Source of the DNA: a virus
Reading direction: 5' to 3' (one strand)
DNA: 64,000 nt
Virus record (IMG/VR): IMGVR_UViG_3300044971_002537
Location: 64,001-128,000 of that record
Shown here: positions 1 through 6,822 of the stretch, in pieces
Layout of the letters: every line of letters begins with the position of its first letter
Numbering within the stretch: position 1 is the first letter of the stretch
Notes under the pieces: generated by a model
Databases searched by the model: none
Told to the model about the DNA's origin: nothing
The model's input: only the letters and a program-made list of their open reading frames with translations
Position numbers and translations under genes: made by a program

Positions 1-363
1 AGAATCCGTAGGATTATAGTGGGTATAGGTCCAACCCCTAGTGTGAGCTGAAGCCCGCCCTAGTGCGGCAGTCTTTTCCGCATCAATTTTGCCGTTTTCA
101 TCTTGAGGAAAGTCCCCGGCTTGATTGTGCCGCCACAATTGCCCCTTCGGGAATCTTTCGACTCGTTTGCAAAACGAGTCCCAATTGTCCCCGCGACCAC
201 CTTCCCCGATTTTCCGCCAGTGCATCCCTAGGGGACCGAAGCGGGCGTAACAATCCGTATCATTAAGAGGACACTCGATAGGGCACGATTTTTTCTCAGT
301 AGTGGAAACAGGGATTTTGCCAACTTTTATATTGTCAGATTGCATATTAAGAGAAACCCACAT
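1..363 (-). CDS. Phage gp88-like Cys-motif protein (3'-truncated by window edge)
   Basis: Not in the ORF track; manual translation MWVSLNMQSDNIKVGKIPVSTTEKKSCPIECPLNDTDCYARF...WRHNQAGDF...GWTYTHY; GGAG RBS and upstream promoter; CPxxCPx5CYA and RHNxxGD motifs. Confidence 0.65.
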   Translation of the reverse strand, partial: MWVSLNMQSDNIKVGKIPVSTTEKKSCPIECPLNDTDCYARFGPLGMHWRKIGEGGRGDNWDSFCKRVERFPKGQLWRHNQAGDFPQDENGKIDAEKTAALGRASAHTRGWTYTHYNPTDS

Positions 364-401
364 AACTCGCTCCAAATAGGGGTGATTGACTTGACTGGTG
401 C

Positions 402-429
402 ATTGTAACACACTATCAATAATTGTCAA
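402..429 (-). promoter_or_regulatory. sigma70-like early promoter
   Basis: TTGACA-16-TACAAT with extended -10 TG. Confidence 0.75.
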
Positions 430-470
430 GCGAAAAACTCACGATTTGAGTCGCTTGGAAGTTACTGAAG

Positions 471-524
471 TGACACCCGCCACAAGTGGCCGGGTGTAAC
501 AGGAAGGAAGGCGTCTTTCAGCCC
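471..524 (-). repeat. Bipartite hairpin element, copy 1
   Basis: + strand TG-ACAC-CCG-CCACAAGTGGC-CGG-GTGT-AAC-9 nt purine-GGCGTCTTTCAGCCC. Confidence 0.9.
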
Positions 525-530
525 ACCAAT

Positions 531-560
531 AAAAAAAGCCCAGCATATAGCCGGGCTTTT
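531..560 (-). terminator. Rho-independent terminator
   Basis: minus strand AAAAGCCCGGC-TATAT-GCTGGGCTTTTTTT. Confidence 0.8.
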
Positions 561-567
561 CAAATCT

Positions 568-652
568 CATATACTCTCCAGCCTTTCGGCCTTGTAGGCG
601 TAGTAACATACGTTGACGCCTCGTTATTCGGTGTTGCCACCTACAGTATATG
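568..652 (-). ncRNA. Putative structured RNA domain (four-way junction)
   Basis: CATATACT/AGTATATG closing stem with hairpins GGTG-GCAA-CACC, AGGCGT...ACGCCT, GGCC-GAAA-GGCT (two GNRA loops). Confidence 0.6.
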
Positions 653-653
653 C

Positions 654-786
654 TGAGCATTCACGGTTTCGAACCGCGTTTTCAAGATTGATTTGCTGAC
701 AGGTAATTACTCTGTTGCCTTCTGCACGTATCGATCCGTGCTTCCGAGTTCTCTCTTGTGTTTTAGCCAGATTAAACTAAATGCCC
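654..786 (-). ncRNA. tRNA-like RNA with 66-nt region in place of the anticodon loop
   Basis: Acceptor GGGCATT/AATGCTC, D stem GTTT/AAAC, anticodon stem CAAGA/TCTTG, T arm CGCGG-TTCGAAA-CCGTG; loop spans 688-753. Confidence 0.8.
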
Positions 787-818
787 GTGGTGTTTCGGTG
801 TGGTTTATGAAATAAGCC

Positions 819-921
819 ACACAGGGTATTTAAGCTTTTCAAGCTTGTGTTAGGTACTTCGCACGTTGGGACGTTTGAAGATTAGCCGATAGGCCCCTAG
901 GCTATTTAATGCCCCCTGTGT
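819..921 (-). ncRNA. Putative multibranched structured RNA domain
   Basis: ACACAGGG/CCCTGTGT closing stem with nested stems TAGG/CCTA, GGCC/GGCT, ACGT/ACGT, AAGCTT/AAGCTT, GGC/GCC; no ORF. Confidence 0.5.
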
Positions 922-943
922 GTCACCCGACTGACGCCGGGAA

Positions 944-1147
944 TTATAGTGGTCGAAGTGGAACCGGATCAATGACCAAATCGTCAATTGATATCTTCAT
1001 CATTTCCAAATTTGACTCGAAACAATCATCATCTTCCAACATGATGGAATATATGTCGTCGAAGACAAATTGCTGAAGTTGTTCGAGTGTCATTGACTCG
1101 ACCACCAAGTTTGCTAGTGATTCTACTTGTTCTGGTGTTGGTTTCAT
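944..1147 (-). CDS. Small acidic hypothetical protein (probably leaderless)
   Basis: 67-aa ORF; ATG 6 nt after the -10 box. Confidence 0.75.
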   Translation of the reverse strand: MKPTPEQVESLANLVVESMTLEQLQQFVFDDIYSIMLEDDDCFESNLEMMKISIDDLVIDPVPLRPL

Positions 1148-1153
1148 GGGGTT

Positions 1154-1181
1154 ATTATACCATCAGTAAAAGGAAAGTCAA
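1154..1181 (-). promoter_or_regulatory. sigma70-like early promoter
   Basis: TTGACT-16-TATAAT, TGG before -10. Confidence 0.75.
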
Positions 1182-1342
1182 TCTAGAAACTCAACCTTTG
1201 TGGCAATTGCCATCAGATCATGCTCGCCATTCCCGAGATTGAATTCTTTCCCGATGTAGTAAGCGAGTATGCGATCATCAGTACCATTGATGTTGGTGAA
1301 CAGATGATCGCCGTTAGAGAAGTAGACTTTGATTGATCTCAT
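1178..1342 (-). CDS. Small hypothetical protein (54 aa)
   Basis: Manual translation MRSIKVYFSNGDHLFTNINGTDDRILAYYIGKEFNLGNGEHDLMAIATKVEFLD. Confidence 0.7.
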   Translation of the reverse strand: MRSIKVYFSNGDHLFTNINGTDDRILAYYIGKEFNLGNGEHDLMAIATKVEFLD

Positions 1343-1365
1343 GGTGGTCTCAGTTGGGTGTTATG

Positions 1366-1420
1366 TGCTAGCCGCCACAAGTGGACGGCTAGAACAGAAA
1401 GAAAGGGGCCTTTCAGCCCC
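1366..1420 (-). repeat. Bipartite hairpin element, copy 2
   Basis: TG-CTAG-CCG-CCACAAGTGGA-CGG-CTAG-AAC-AGAAAGAAA-GGGGCCTTTCAGCCCC. Confidence 0.9.
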
Positions 1421-1686
1421 TTCGGATCAGACTTCTTCCAGAGAATACTCCGAACAATAGGCTGGCTTCTTAAAGATCTCTGGAGGGACTTCGAAACCCT
1501 CATTCCCCTGCTTTTCTTCGTTTTCTCAGGACGAATACTGAGTGCGGGTTGTTAGCCTTACATTACAGAGATGACAGACCTAATCAATTGAGGATTGATC
1601 TGATCAGTATTGATGTTTTCTTCAGATTTCAGCGTATTCATATATGGGACTCACTACATATGCCCATTTTGAATACGAGGTTTTTC

Positions 1687-2328
1687 ATGATCACTTGTTT
1701 GACTTGTTTAGTAGAAAAAGATGATGACGATTTCTACCTCAGAAATAAGGCTACCGGCAACAGGTTCCGTAGGTGTAAATCTTGTAATGCAAAAGTCGCT
1801 AGAAAAAGATATGGAGCCGACGAGCTAGCCTATCAAGCTGGTAAGGTAGTCAGGCTTGAGAAAATAGCCAAATTGTCTGATGGGAAGAAGTGTTGTGTCT
1901 CATGCTCGGTCGAGAAAGAACTTTCAGACTTTTACTTTCGTAGTAAGGCTAAAGGAATTTTACAATCGAGATGTAAAGAGTGCCAGAACAATAGCAAGTA
2001 TGAGTACTACTTAGATAACAAAGACAAAATAAAGCAGAGAAAGAAGGATAGAAAGGCTATCGCGACTGAATTTGTCCGGAATATAAAGCTAGCTTCTGGC
2101 TGTTTTTTATGCGAAGAGAATGAGCCGATAGCTTTAGATTTTCATCATTTGGATCCACAAGAAAAGGGCGATAGGATCTCTAATATGACAAAAGAGAGGA
2201 GGACTCTTGAAGACATAGAGGCTGAGATTAAAAAATGTATCCTCTTATGCTCTAATTGTCATAGGAAAGTCCACGCTGGAATAATCAAATTGAAGCATGA
2301 GGGATTCGAACCCTCTTCCAAGGGTTGA
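1687..2328 (+). CDS. HNH endonuclease with N-terminal CxxC zinc-ribbon repeats (homing type)
   Basis: CFLC...LDFHHLDP...CILLCSNCHRKVH; GAGG RBS before ATG 1687; AT-rich and opposite to the local strand. Confidence 0.85.
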   Translation: MITCLTCLVEKDDDDFYLRNKATGNRFRRCKSCNAKVARKRYGADELAYQAGKVVRLEKIAKLSDGKKCCVSCSVEKELSDFYFRSKAKGILQSRCKECQNNSKYEYYLDNKDKIKQRKKDRKAIATEFVRNIKLASGCFLCEENEPIALDFHHLDPQEKGDRISNMTKERRTLEDIEAEIKKCILLCSNCHRKVHAGIIKLKHEGFEPSSKG

Positions 2329-2362
2329 AAACCCTCGTGTCCTTCCAGTAGACGAATGCTCC
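2291..2362 (-). tRNA. tRNA-Glu(UUC)
   Basis: Cloverleaf GGAGCAT/ATGCTTC, anticodon loop TT-TTC-AA, T arm GAGGG-TTCGAAT-CCCTC; no encoded CCA. Confidence 0.9.
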
Positions 2363-2363
2363 G

Positions 2364-2432
2364 AATCCCGCACTCCTAGTGAGTGAACACTTGTGTGCTT
2401 ATTTACACCACCTGATAAATCAGGGCGGGATT
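2364..2432 (-). ncRNA. Structured leader or small RNA ahead of tRNA-Glu
   Basis: AATCCCGC/GCGGGATT closing stem with three internal hairpins. Confidence 0.45.
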
Positions 2433-2435
2433 TGA

Positions 2436-2463
2436 ATTATAGCAGCAAATATGCTGCTGTCAA
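2436..2463 (-). promoter_or_regulatory. sigma70-like promoter with palindromic spacer
   Basis: TTGACA-gcagcatatttgctgc-TATAAT. Confidence 0.85.
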
Positions 2464-2464
2464 G

Positions 2465-2537
2465 TGGGCAGTCATGGAATCGAACCATGTGTGCGGCCTT
2501 ATAAGGACCGTCCTCAAAACCGTCGAGGACACTGCCC
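2465..2537 (-). tRNA. tRNA-Ile(UAU)
   Basis: GGGCAGT/ACTGCCC, D stem CCTC/GAGG, CGGTC-CT TAT AA-GGCCG, CATGG-TTCGATT-CCATG. Confidence 0.85.
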
Positions 2538-2550
2538 AAGCTCTACGAGC

Positions 2551-2844
2551 TTATTTTGCCACCAATTCCTTGACTTCGTAGACTTCCCCGCCGATCTGGG
2601 CCTGAATGATGCCCTCAAAAGCGAGACTACGATAGTTCTTCACGACCAAATCATACACAGTGATAACCTTAGCAGACTCTGGAGCGGCCTTGCCAGTGCC
2701 TACGAGGTGTTTTTTCACGTTCGTCTGGCAGTTCAAACGACGGACGTGATTATCACCACGGGCCGCACGGTAGAGAATGCTCATGATCTGGCCATTCGTG
2801 GATCTAACTTTCTGGATCATCTGGTCGCGTGTAACGTATTTCAT
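2551..2844 (-). CDS. WYL_2/SH3-like beta-barrel protein
   Basis: SILYRAARG..VRRLN and VITVYDLVVKNYRSL motifs. Confidence 0.6.
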   Translation of the reverse strand: MKYVTRDQMIQKVRSTNGQIMSILYRAARGDNHVRRLNCQTNVKKHLVGTGKAAPESAKVITVYDLVVKNYRSLAFEGIIQAQIGGEVYEVKELVAK

Positions 2845-2891
2845 AACTAAAGTCCTTTTGGGGGTTAAAAAACTGGTGAACTTGTTAGCCC

Positions 2892-2919
2892 ATTATACTT
2901 CAACAGTACTGGAATGCAA
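2892..2919 (-). promoter_or_regulatory. sigma70-like promoter
   Basis: TTGCAT-16-TATAAT. Confidence 0.6.
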
Positions 2920-3096
2920 GGTGGTTGTGATAAATTGTTTGTCTTCTGGATCGTTTTTCATCACATCAAACGCCCCATCAATCAGGGCTTTCGATAGCAT
3001 CACTGCCATTTCTGGTGAGATATACATAGTGTCCTTGCCACCGTCAATAGCAATCATGTTTCTGAACCGTCGAACTGTTAGTTGTTTGCTGTCCAC
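2893..3096 (-). CDS. Hypothetical protein
   Basis: 67-aa ORF with GTG start and GAGG RBS. Confidence 0.65.
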   Translation of the reverse strand: MDSKQLTVRRFRNMIAIDGGKDTMYISPEMAVMLSKALIDGAFDVMKNDPEDKQFITTTLHSSTVEV

Positions 3097-3319
3097 GTTC
3101 GTATTCCTCGTTAAGTTTTAGCATTTTTGGGTAAGCATCGAAATACGTCAATCCCGATTCAATGAATTTGTAGCGTTTGTATCCGGGATGTTCCGGATTT
3201 GGTTCGAACTGATGTTTATCCATAATGGAACAATTACCCCGAGACATCTCGCTGCGTGGATCTCCATCGAAAGATGGTGGCTTTTGTTTTGCTTGATAGA
3301 TTGCATATCGTTTTGTCAT
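3044..3319 (-). CDS. Hypothetical protein (start reassigned to MTKRY; probably leaderless)
   Basis: ATG 5 nt after TAGAAT; the longer ORF would run through the repeat element. Confidence 0.6.
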   Translation of the reverse strand: MTKRYAIYQAKQKPPSFDGDPRSEMSRGNCSIMDKHQFEPNPEHPGYKRYKFIESGLTYFDAYPKMLKLNEEYERGQQTTNSSTVQKHDCY

Positions 3320-3324
3320 AGCTA

Positions 3325-3352
3325 ATTCTACCATACTAGAGACATAAGTCAA
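3325..3352 (-). promoter_or_regulatory. sigma70-like promoter
   Basis: TTGACT-16-TAGAAT. Confidence 0.7.
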
Positions 3353-3396
3353 GTGGAAAAGTGCCGATTTGGTTAGCGGCTCAGGGTGTCGTCTAC

Positions 3397-3467
3397 TGCG
3401 TCCCGCCACAAGTGGCCGGGACGAGCGGGAAGAAAGGGGAGGGGCAGGGCCTTTCGACCCCACCCCT
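3397..3467 (-). repeat. Bipartite hairpin element, copy 3
   Basis: TG-CGTC-CCG-CCACAAGTGGC-CGG-GACG-AGC, longer purine spacer, GGGCCTTTCGACCC hairpin. Confidence 0.85.
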
Positions 3468-3522
3468 CAGGGCGGCTAGGGGACACCCCTGAACCCTAGC
3501 CACCATATTCGAGGCTTTAGCC

Positions 3523-4800
3523 TCACATCAGTTGGTTGACAATCGCAGCAACCAGATCATGTCCAAACTTGGCAAACTCTGAAGTGTAGTCATCTGCCCC
3601 ACGAGTGTAGTGGTGAGCAAGTTCATGCACCATAGTTCTGCTCAGGTCTTTGTTCTTTTCCCAGAGCATAACTTCACTTTTACCGGAATTGTGCAATCCG
3701 AGGAACCCCGGATGGTGTCCATCCTTAGTATTGTACATGATCAGCTTTGGCCGAGGCAACCCATCCGAAAGACCAACGGTCTCGATCAATTCACAGATAT
3801 CGTTGTAGTGCTTAAGGACAGCTTCGCTCGGAGGAGAGATAAGGAATCCCCTGATCTCTGCTTCACAAACCCCATCAATCCCATTCAATTCTGGGATTTC
3901 GGCAATGATAGACTTGTGCCAGCGTGGATCAATCGCAGTTGCATTCGCGATGGTGAAGTTGGTAGGACATAATCCCACCTTACCAATAAGCTCTCGCCAA
4001 ACCTCAAGGAATTCTTCGCTGAATCCAGAATAGGTCTTCTCAGTTTCAACGAGTTGCATTTGGATAAGAACTGCGTCTCTGATCTTCGCGAGTCGCTCTT
4101 TCGCTTTCTCGTAATAGGTCGTATGGTACTGGATACTGTTGACCAGAGAATCCGAACTGCCAGTACGACACTCGTTGATCGTAAAGTCCATGTTGTAGTC
4201 AAACAGGGAATCATCCGTCAATTCCCGAATGAAAACTCCCTTTCGATAGATTCGACACCTTGAGACTGTGGCCTTATCAATGACCTTTTCGCCTTTCTTG
4301 TCAACGAAGTGCAGGAAGTACTTTCCAATGTTGTCGAAGTATTCCTTCGCCAGATCGGTGTATGGAACAAAAACCGCAACTTCATCGTCAGACGCCTCAA
4401 TCTTGTTCGTGAGAACCAGAAGTTCGCCCGGAATAGCGCCAGCATCCAGAGCGTTTGAGATCCATTCTCGCAATCCAAGGCAGGCAGTCGGCCAGTCTAG
4501 TGTCCCATACTCCAACGCGACGTTGAGCGGGGACTTTTTGCGACTGTGACACATGAGAACCTGCTGGAATGGAATCCCATCGCCCTTCAGGATATCTTTG
4601 GTCTCGAACGTGACTTTCTTCCCATTGATCATGAACACTGGCGATGTGCCATAGGCACGCATCCATGCCAGTGTTCCGAGGAGCGTTCCGCTCCCAAACT
4701 GGCCGATCTTGTCGTCCTTGCCACGAGAAGTGCTAACACCCAGCGTGAACATATCTTCCGGTGTGGTCACGGACTTGCTAACAATCTTAACGTACTTCAT
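3523..4800 (-). CDS. GHKL (HATPase-like) protein with permuted motif order and C-terminal HExxH metallopeptidase-like domain
   Basis: IGQFGSG, LREWISNALDA, MVHELAHHY motifs. Confidence 0.7.
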   Translation of the reverse strand: MKYVKIVSKSVTTPEDMFTLGVSTSRGKDDKIGQFGSGTLLGTLAWMRAYGTSPVFMINGKKVTFETKDILKGDGIPFQQVLMCHSRKKSPLNVALEYGTLDWPTACLGLREWISNALDAGAIPGELLVLTNKIEASDDEVAVFVPYTDLAKEYFDNIGKYFLHFVDKKGEKVIDKATVSRCRIYRKGVFIRELTDDSLFDYNMDFTINECRTGSSDSLVNSIQYHTTYYEKAKERLAKIRDAVLIQMQLVETEKTYSGFSEEFLEVWRELIGKVGLCPTNFTIANATAIDPRWHKSIIAEIPELNGIDGVCEAEIRGFLISPPSEAVLKHYNDICELIETVGLSDGLPRPKLIMYNTKDGHHPGFLGLHNSGKSEVMLWEKNKDLSRTMVHELAHHYTRGADDYTSEFAKFGHDLVAAIVNQLM

Positions 4801-4838
4801 GACTGTCTCTCAACTAGGGGTTTTAAACTGACACACGA

Positions 4839-4866
4839 ATTATACCACACATTAATGTGATGTCAA
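4839..4866 (-). promoter_or_regulatory. sigma70-like promoter with palindromic spacer
   Basis: TTGACA-tcacattaatgtgtgg-TATAAT. Confidence 0.85.
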
Positions 4867-4903
4867 GCACATTTCTTCAGTTGGCTCAGGTGTTTGGCTT
4901 GAT

Positions 4904-4957
4904 TGCCCACCGCCACGCCTGCCGGTGGGAACAGGAAGGAGGGGGCCTTTCGGCCCC
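4904..4957 (-). repeat. Bipartite hairpin element, copy 4
   Basis: TG-CCCA-CCG-CCACGCCTGC-CGG-TGGG-AAC-AGGAAGGAG-GGGGCCTTTCGGCCCC. Confidence 0.9.
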
Positions 4958-4985
4958 ACTCCTTCGGGTCTCTCACCACTCACCC

Positions 4986-5861
4986 CTAGGCGGCAATCGC
5001 CAGTGCCTCAGCACGGTCGACCGCGACGTCCTCAAGGGCCATCAAAGTCTGGTCCATACGGGACATTCGATCGCCACCCTTACCCGCACGCTGAACGTGC
5101 TGAACATACCCCTGCACTGAATTGTAGGCCATCCAGCGAGAAACCATGAAGTCCCCGCCGAAAGTTCGGCCCGTCCGATAGCATTCGGACATTACACGCT
5201 TAACAATCGCCTCGGTACGATTCTTGTGAATCGTGACCGATCGCGGAGTCGCGTCACTCGCGAGCGGGTAGACCGCATCGAGGAAACTCACAAGCGAGAC
5301 TTGTCTCGCTTCCATTTCCGCGACGGTCTCAGTGACCGACTTCCAGCCCTCTTTCAGGCCAGAGAACACGTCGATCAACTCATTCAGGCGAGGACGCAGG
5401 GACTGAGTGTGACGAATCGACACGCTGGTTCCAGACACTTGCTTCAGGCGAGCAAGGTTCAGGCAGGCATCTCGGAACATCCCGAGAGACGCACGGAACG
5501 GACGGTCATCATACCCCGCTGAGACGATCATGCGAGGGAAGATATTGTCAGCGGTCCCGTAAACCGCCTTGCGGTGCTCGCGGGTAGGCTCAACAACCAC
5601 GTAGTGGCCGTTTCGCCAGTGACATTGGACGTTGACACCGTCGTCAAACGCGGCCTGAGCAGCCTCAACCAAAACGACCACGTCGTCGGTGGTGTGCGGC
5701 GAATATTTCGCCGTGACCGCGTTCAGGCAGGAATTGTCGTCGGACTTGAAAAGCCCGAAGTACGGGGTTGTAAACCCGTCAGGACCGGACAAACGCAGTT
5801 TGTCAACAGTAAAGTTAAAAGTGGATCGAACAACGTCAGCAGCAGAAATCAAAGTCGTCAT
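4986..5861 (-). CDS. DUF932/DUF945-family phage/plasmid protein
   Basis: GLFKSDDNSCLNAVTAKYSPH, FRDACLN, SIRHT and WMAYNSV motifs; GGAG RBS before ATG 5861. Confidence 0.75.
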   Translation of the reverse strand: MTTLISAADVVRSTFNFTVDKLRLSGPDGFTTPYFGLFKSDDNSCLNAVTAKYSPHTTDDVVVLVEAAQAAFDDGVNVQCHWRNGHYVVVEPTREHRKAVYGTADNIFPRMIVSAGYDDRPFRASLGMFRDACLNLARLKQVSGTSVSIRHTQSLRPRLNELIDVFSGLKEGWKSVTETVAEMEARQVSLVSFLDAVYPLASDATPRSVTIHKNRTEAIVKRVMSECYRTGRTFGGDFMVSRWMAYNSVQGYVQHVQRAGKGGDRMSRMDQTLMALEDVAVDRAEALAIAA

Positions 5862-5911
5862 ACCAATTCTCCAGAACAGGGGTTTAAGATGGCGATTAGC
5901 CAGACAGGTAC

Positions 5912-5939
5912 ATTGTACCAGACAACGTTCCGTTGTCAA
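5912..5939 (-). promoter_or_regulatory. sigma70-like promoter with palindrome
   Basis: TTGACA-acggaacgttgtctgg-TACAAT; GACAACG-GAA-CGTTGTC. Confidence 0.8.
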
Positions 5940-5982
5940 GCACAAAACAGAACTTTCCGAGGAGGACCAGAGCAACACTAAG

Positions 5983-6036
5983 TGTCACCCGCCACGCCTG
6001 CCGGGTGAAACAGCAAGGAAGGGGCCTTTCAGCCCC
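5983..6036 (-). repeat. Bipartite hairpin element, copy 5
   Basis: TG-TCAC-CCG-CCACGCCTGC-CGG-GTGA-AAC-AGCAAGGAA-GGGGCCTTTCAGCCCC. Confidence 0.9.
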
Positions 6037-6063
6037 TCCCCCTAGTGGATAACCGAACTCAGC

Positions 6064-6432
6064 CTAATCCTCGAATTCCAGCCCGATTAGGTTGGCGAAA
6101 GTGATCTGATTACGATACAGTCGTTCCTCATCCTCATGAAACTTGATTTCTCGTTGTGCGTCAGTGTCCGCACAATATGCTTCCAACCGAAGTTCCTTTT
6201 CAATCTCGCGATCCTCAGCTTCCTGCTTTTTGATCTCAGCGGCAGTTTTCTCGGGATGGAGAATCTGCTTGGCCGTTCGGCCAGTGCGACCATGCAAGCG
6301 GGCCGGTAAAAGAGAATTGGGGATTTCGATAGCTTCGCTCCAAGCGTCATAGAGACCTTTCAGCAGATCTCGGGCCGGAGTCTTCAGGGAATCAATTTGC
6401 TCAATCAAAGTCATAGTCATAGTCTGGCTCAT
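6064..6432 (-). CDS. Hypothetical protein
   Basis: 122-aa ORF downstream of promoter 6495-6522. Confidence 0.7.
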   Translation of the reverse strand: MSQTMTMTLIEQIDSLKTPARDLLKGLYDAWSEAIEIPNSLLPARLHGRTGRTAKQILHPEKTAAEIKKQEAEDREIEKELRLEAYCADTDAQREIKFHEDEERLYRNQITFANLIGLEFED

Positions 6433-6494
6433 CAGGGGTTTCCGATTCTAAGTCAAGGATTGCGAGAATAATTTCATCACGACTTGTGATGCGT

Positions 6495-6522
6495 ATTCTA
6501 GGGAATTCACCATGCTTTGCAA
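6495..6522 (-). promoter_or_regulatory. sigma70-like promoter
   Basis: TTGCAA-16-TAGAAT. Confidence 0.55.
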
Positions 6523-6570
6523 GATACTTCCGGCAATAATATTGCCAGAGTTCTTTAATTGTTGCCTCTC

Positions 6571-6720
6571 TCATTTGGTCGTCACATAGTGAGAGGCAAT
6601 ACTGATCAGCTTTGCGGTTTCCTTGGCATTGTCAAGATCACCTTCCTTGATCTGATCTTCCAAGTACAAGGCCAATGAGCGAATCAGAATGATGTACTGT
6701 TGCTGAGTGAATGTGTTCAT
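6571..6720 (-). CDS. Small hypothetical protein (49 aa)
   Basis: MNTFTQQQYIILIRSLALYLEDQIKEGDLDNAKETAKLISIASHYVTTK; GAGGG RBS. Confidence 0.65.
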   Translation of the reverse strand: MNTFTQQQYIILIRSLALYLEDQIKEGDLDNAKETAKLISIASHYVTTK

Positions 6721-6751
6721 AGTCCCTCGTGTGTTGAATGTGTCGCTTAAG

Positions 6752-6805
6752 TGCTCACCGCCACGCCTGCCGGTGAGAACAGGAAGACAGGGGCCTTTCA
6801 GCCCC
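6752..6805 (-). repeat. Bipartite hairpin element, copy 6
   Basis: TG-CTCA-CCG-CCACGCCTGC-CGG-TGAG-AAC-AGGAAGACA-GGGGCCTTTCAGCCCC. Confidence 0.9.
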
Positions 6806-6822
6806 GTGTTTCAGCTTCTCTT

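Noticed and set aside
695-725. Resemblance of the tRNA insert (AGAAGGCAACAGAG...UUACCUG) to the hairpin ribozyme
   Set aside because: No NGUC substrate strand, and loop B/helix 4 are missing.
654-786. tmRNA or group I intron-containing tRNA
   Set aside because: The insert is only about 59 nt extra, a D stem is present, and there is no tag ORF or P7 core.
1534-1611. AATACTGA/TCAGTATT stem and GGCTAAC suggesting an HDV-like/theta ribozyme
   Set aside because: I could not build the nested double pseudoknot, it is not adjacent to a tRNA 3' end, and the region may be a decayed short ORF.
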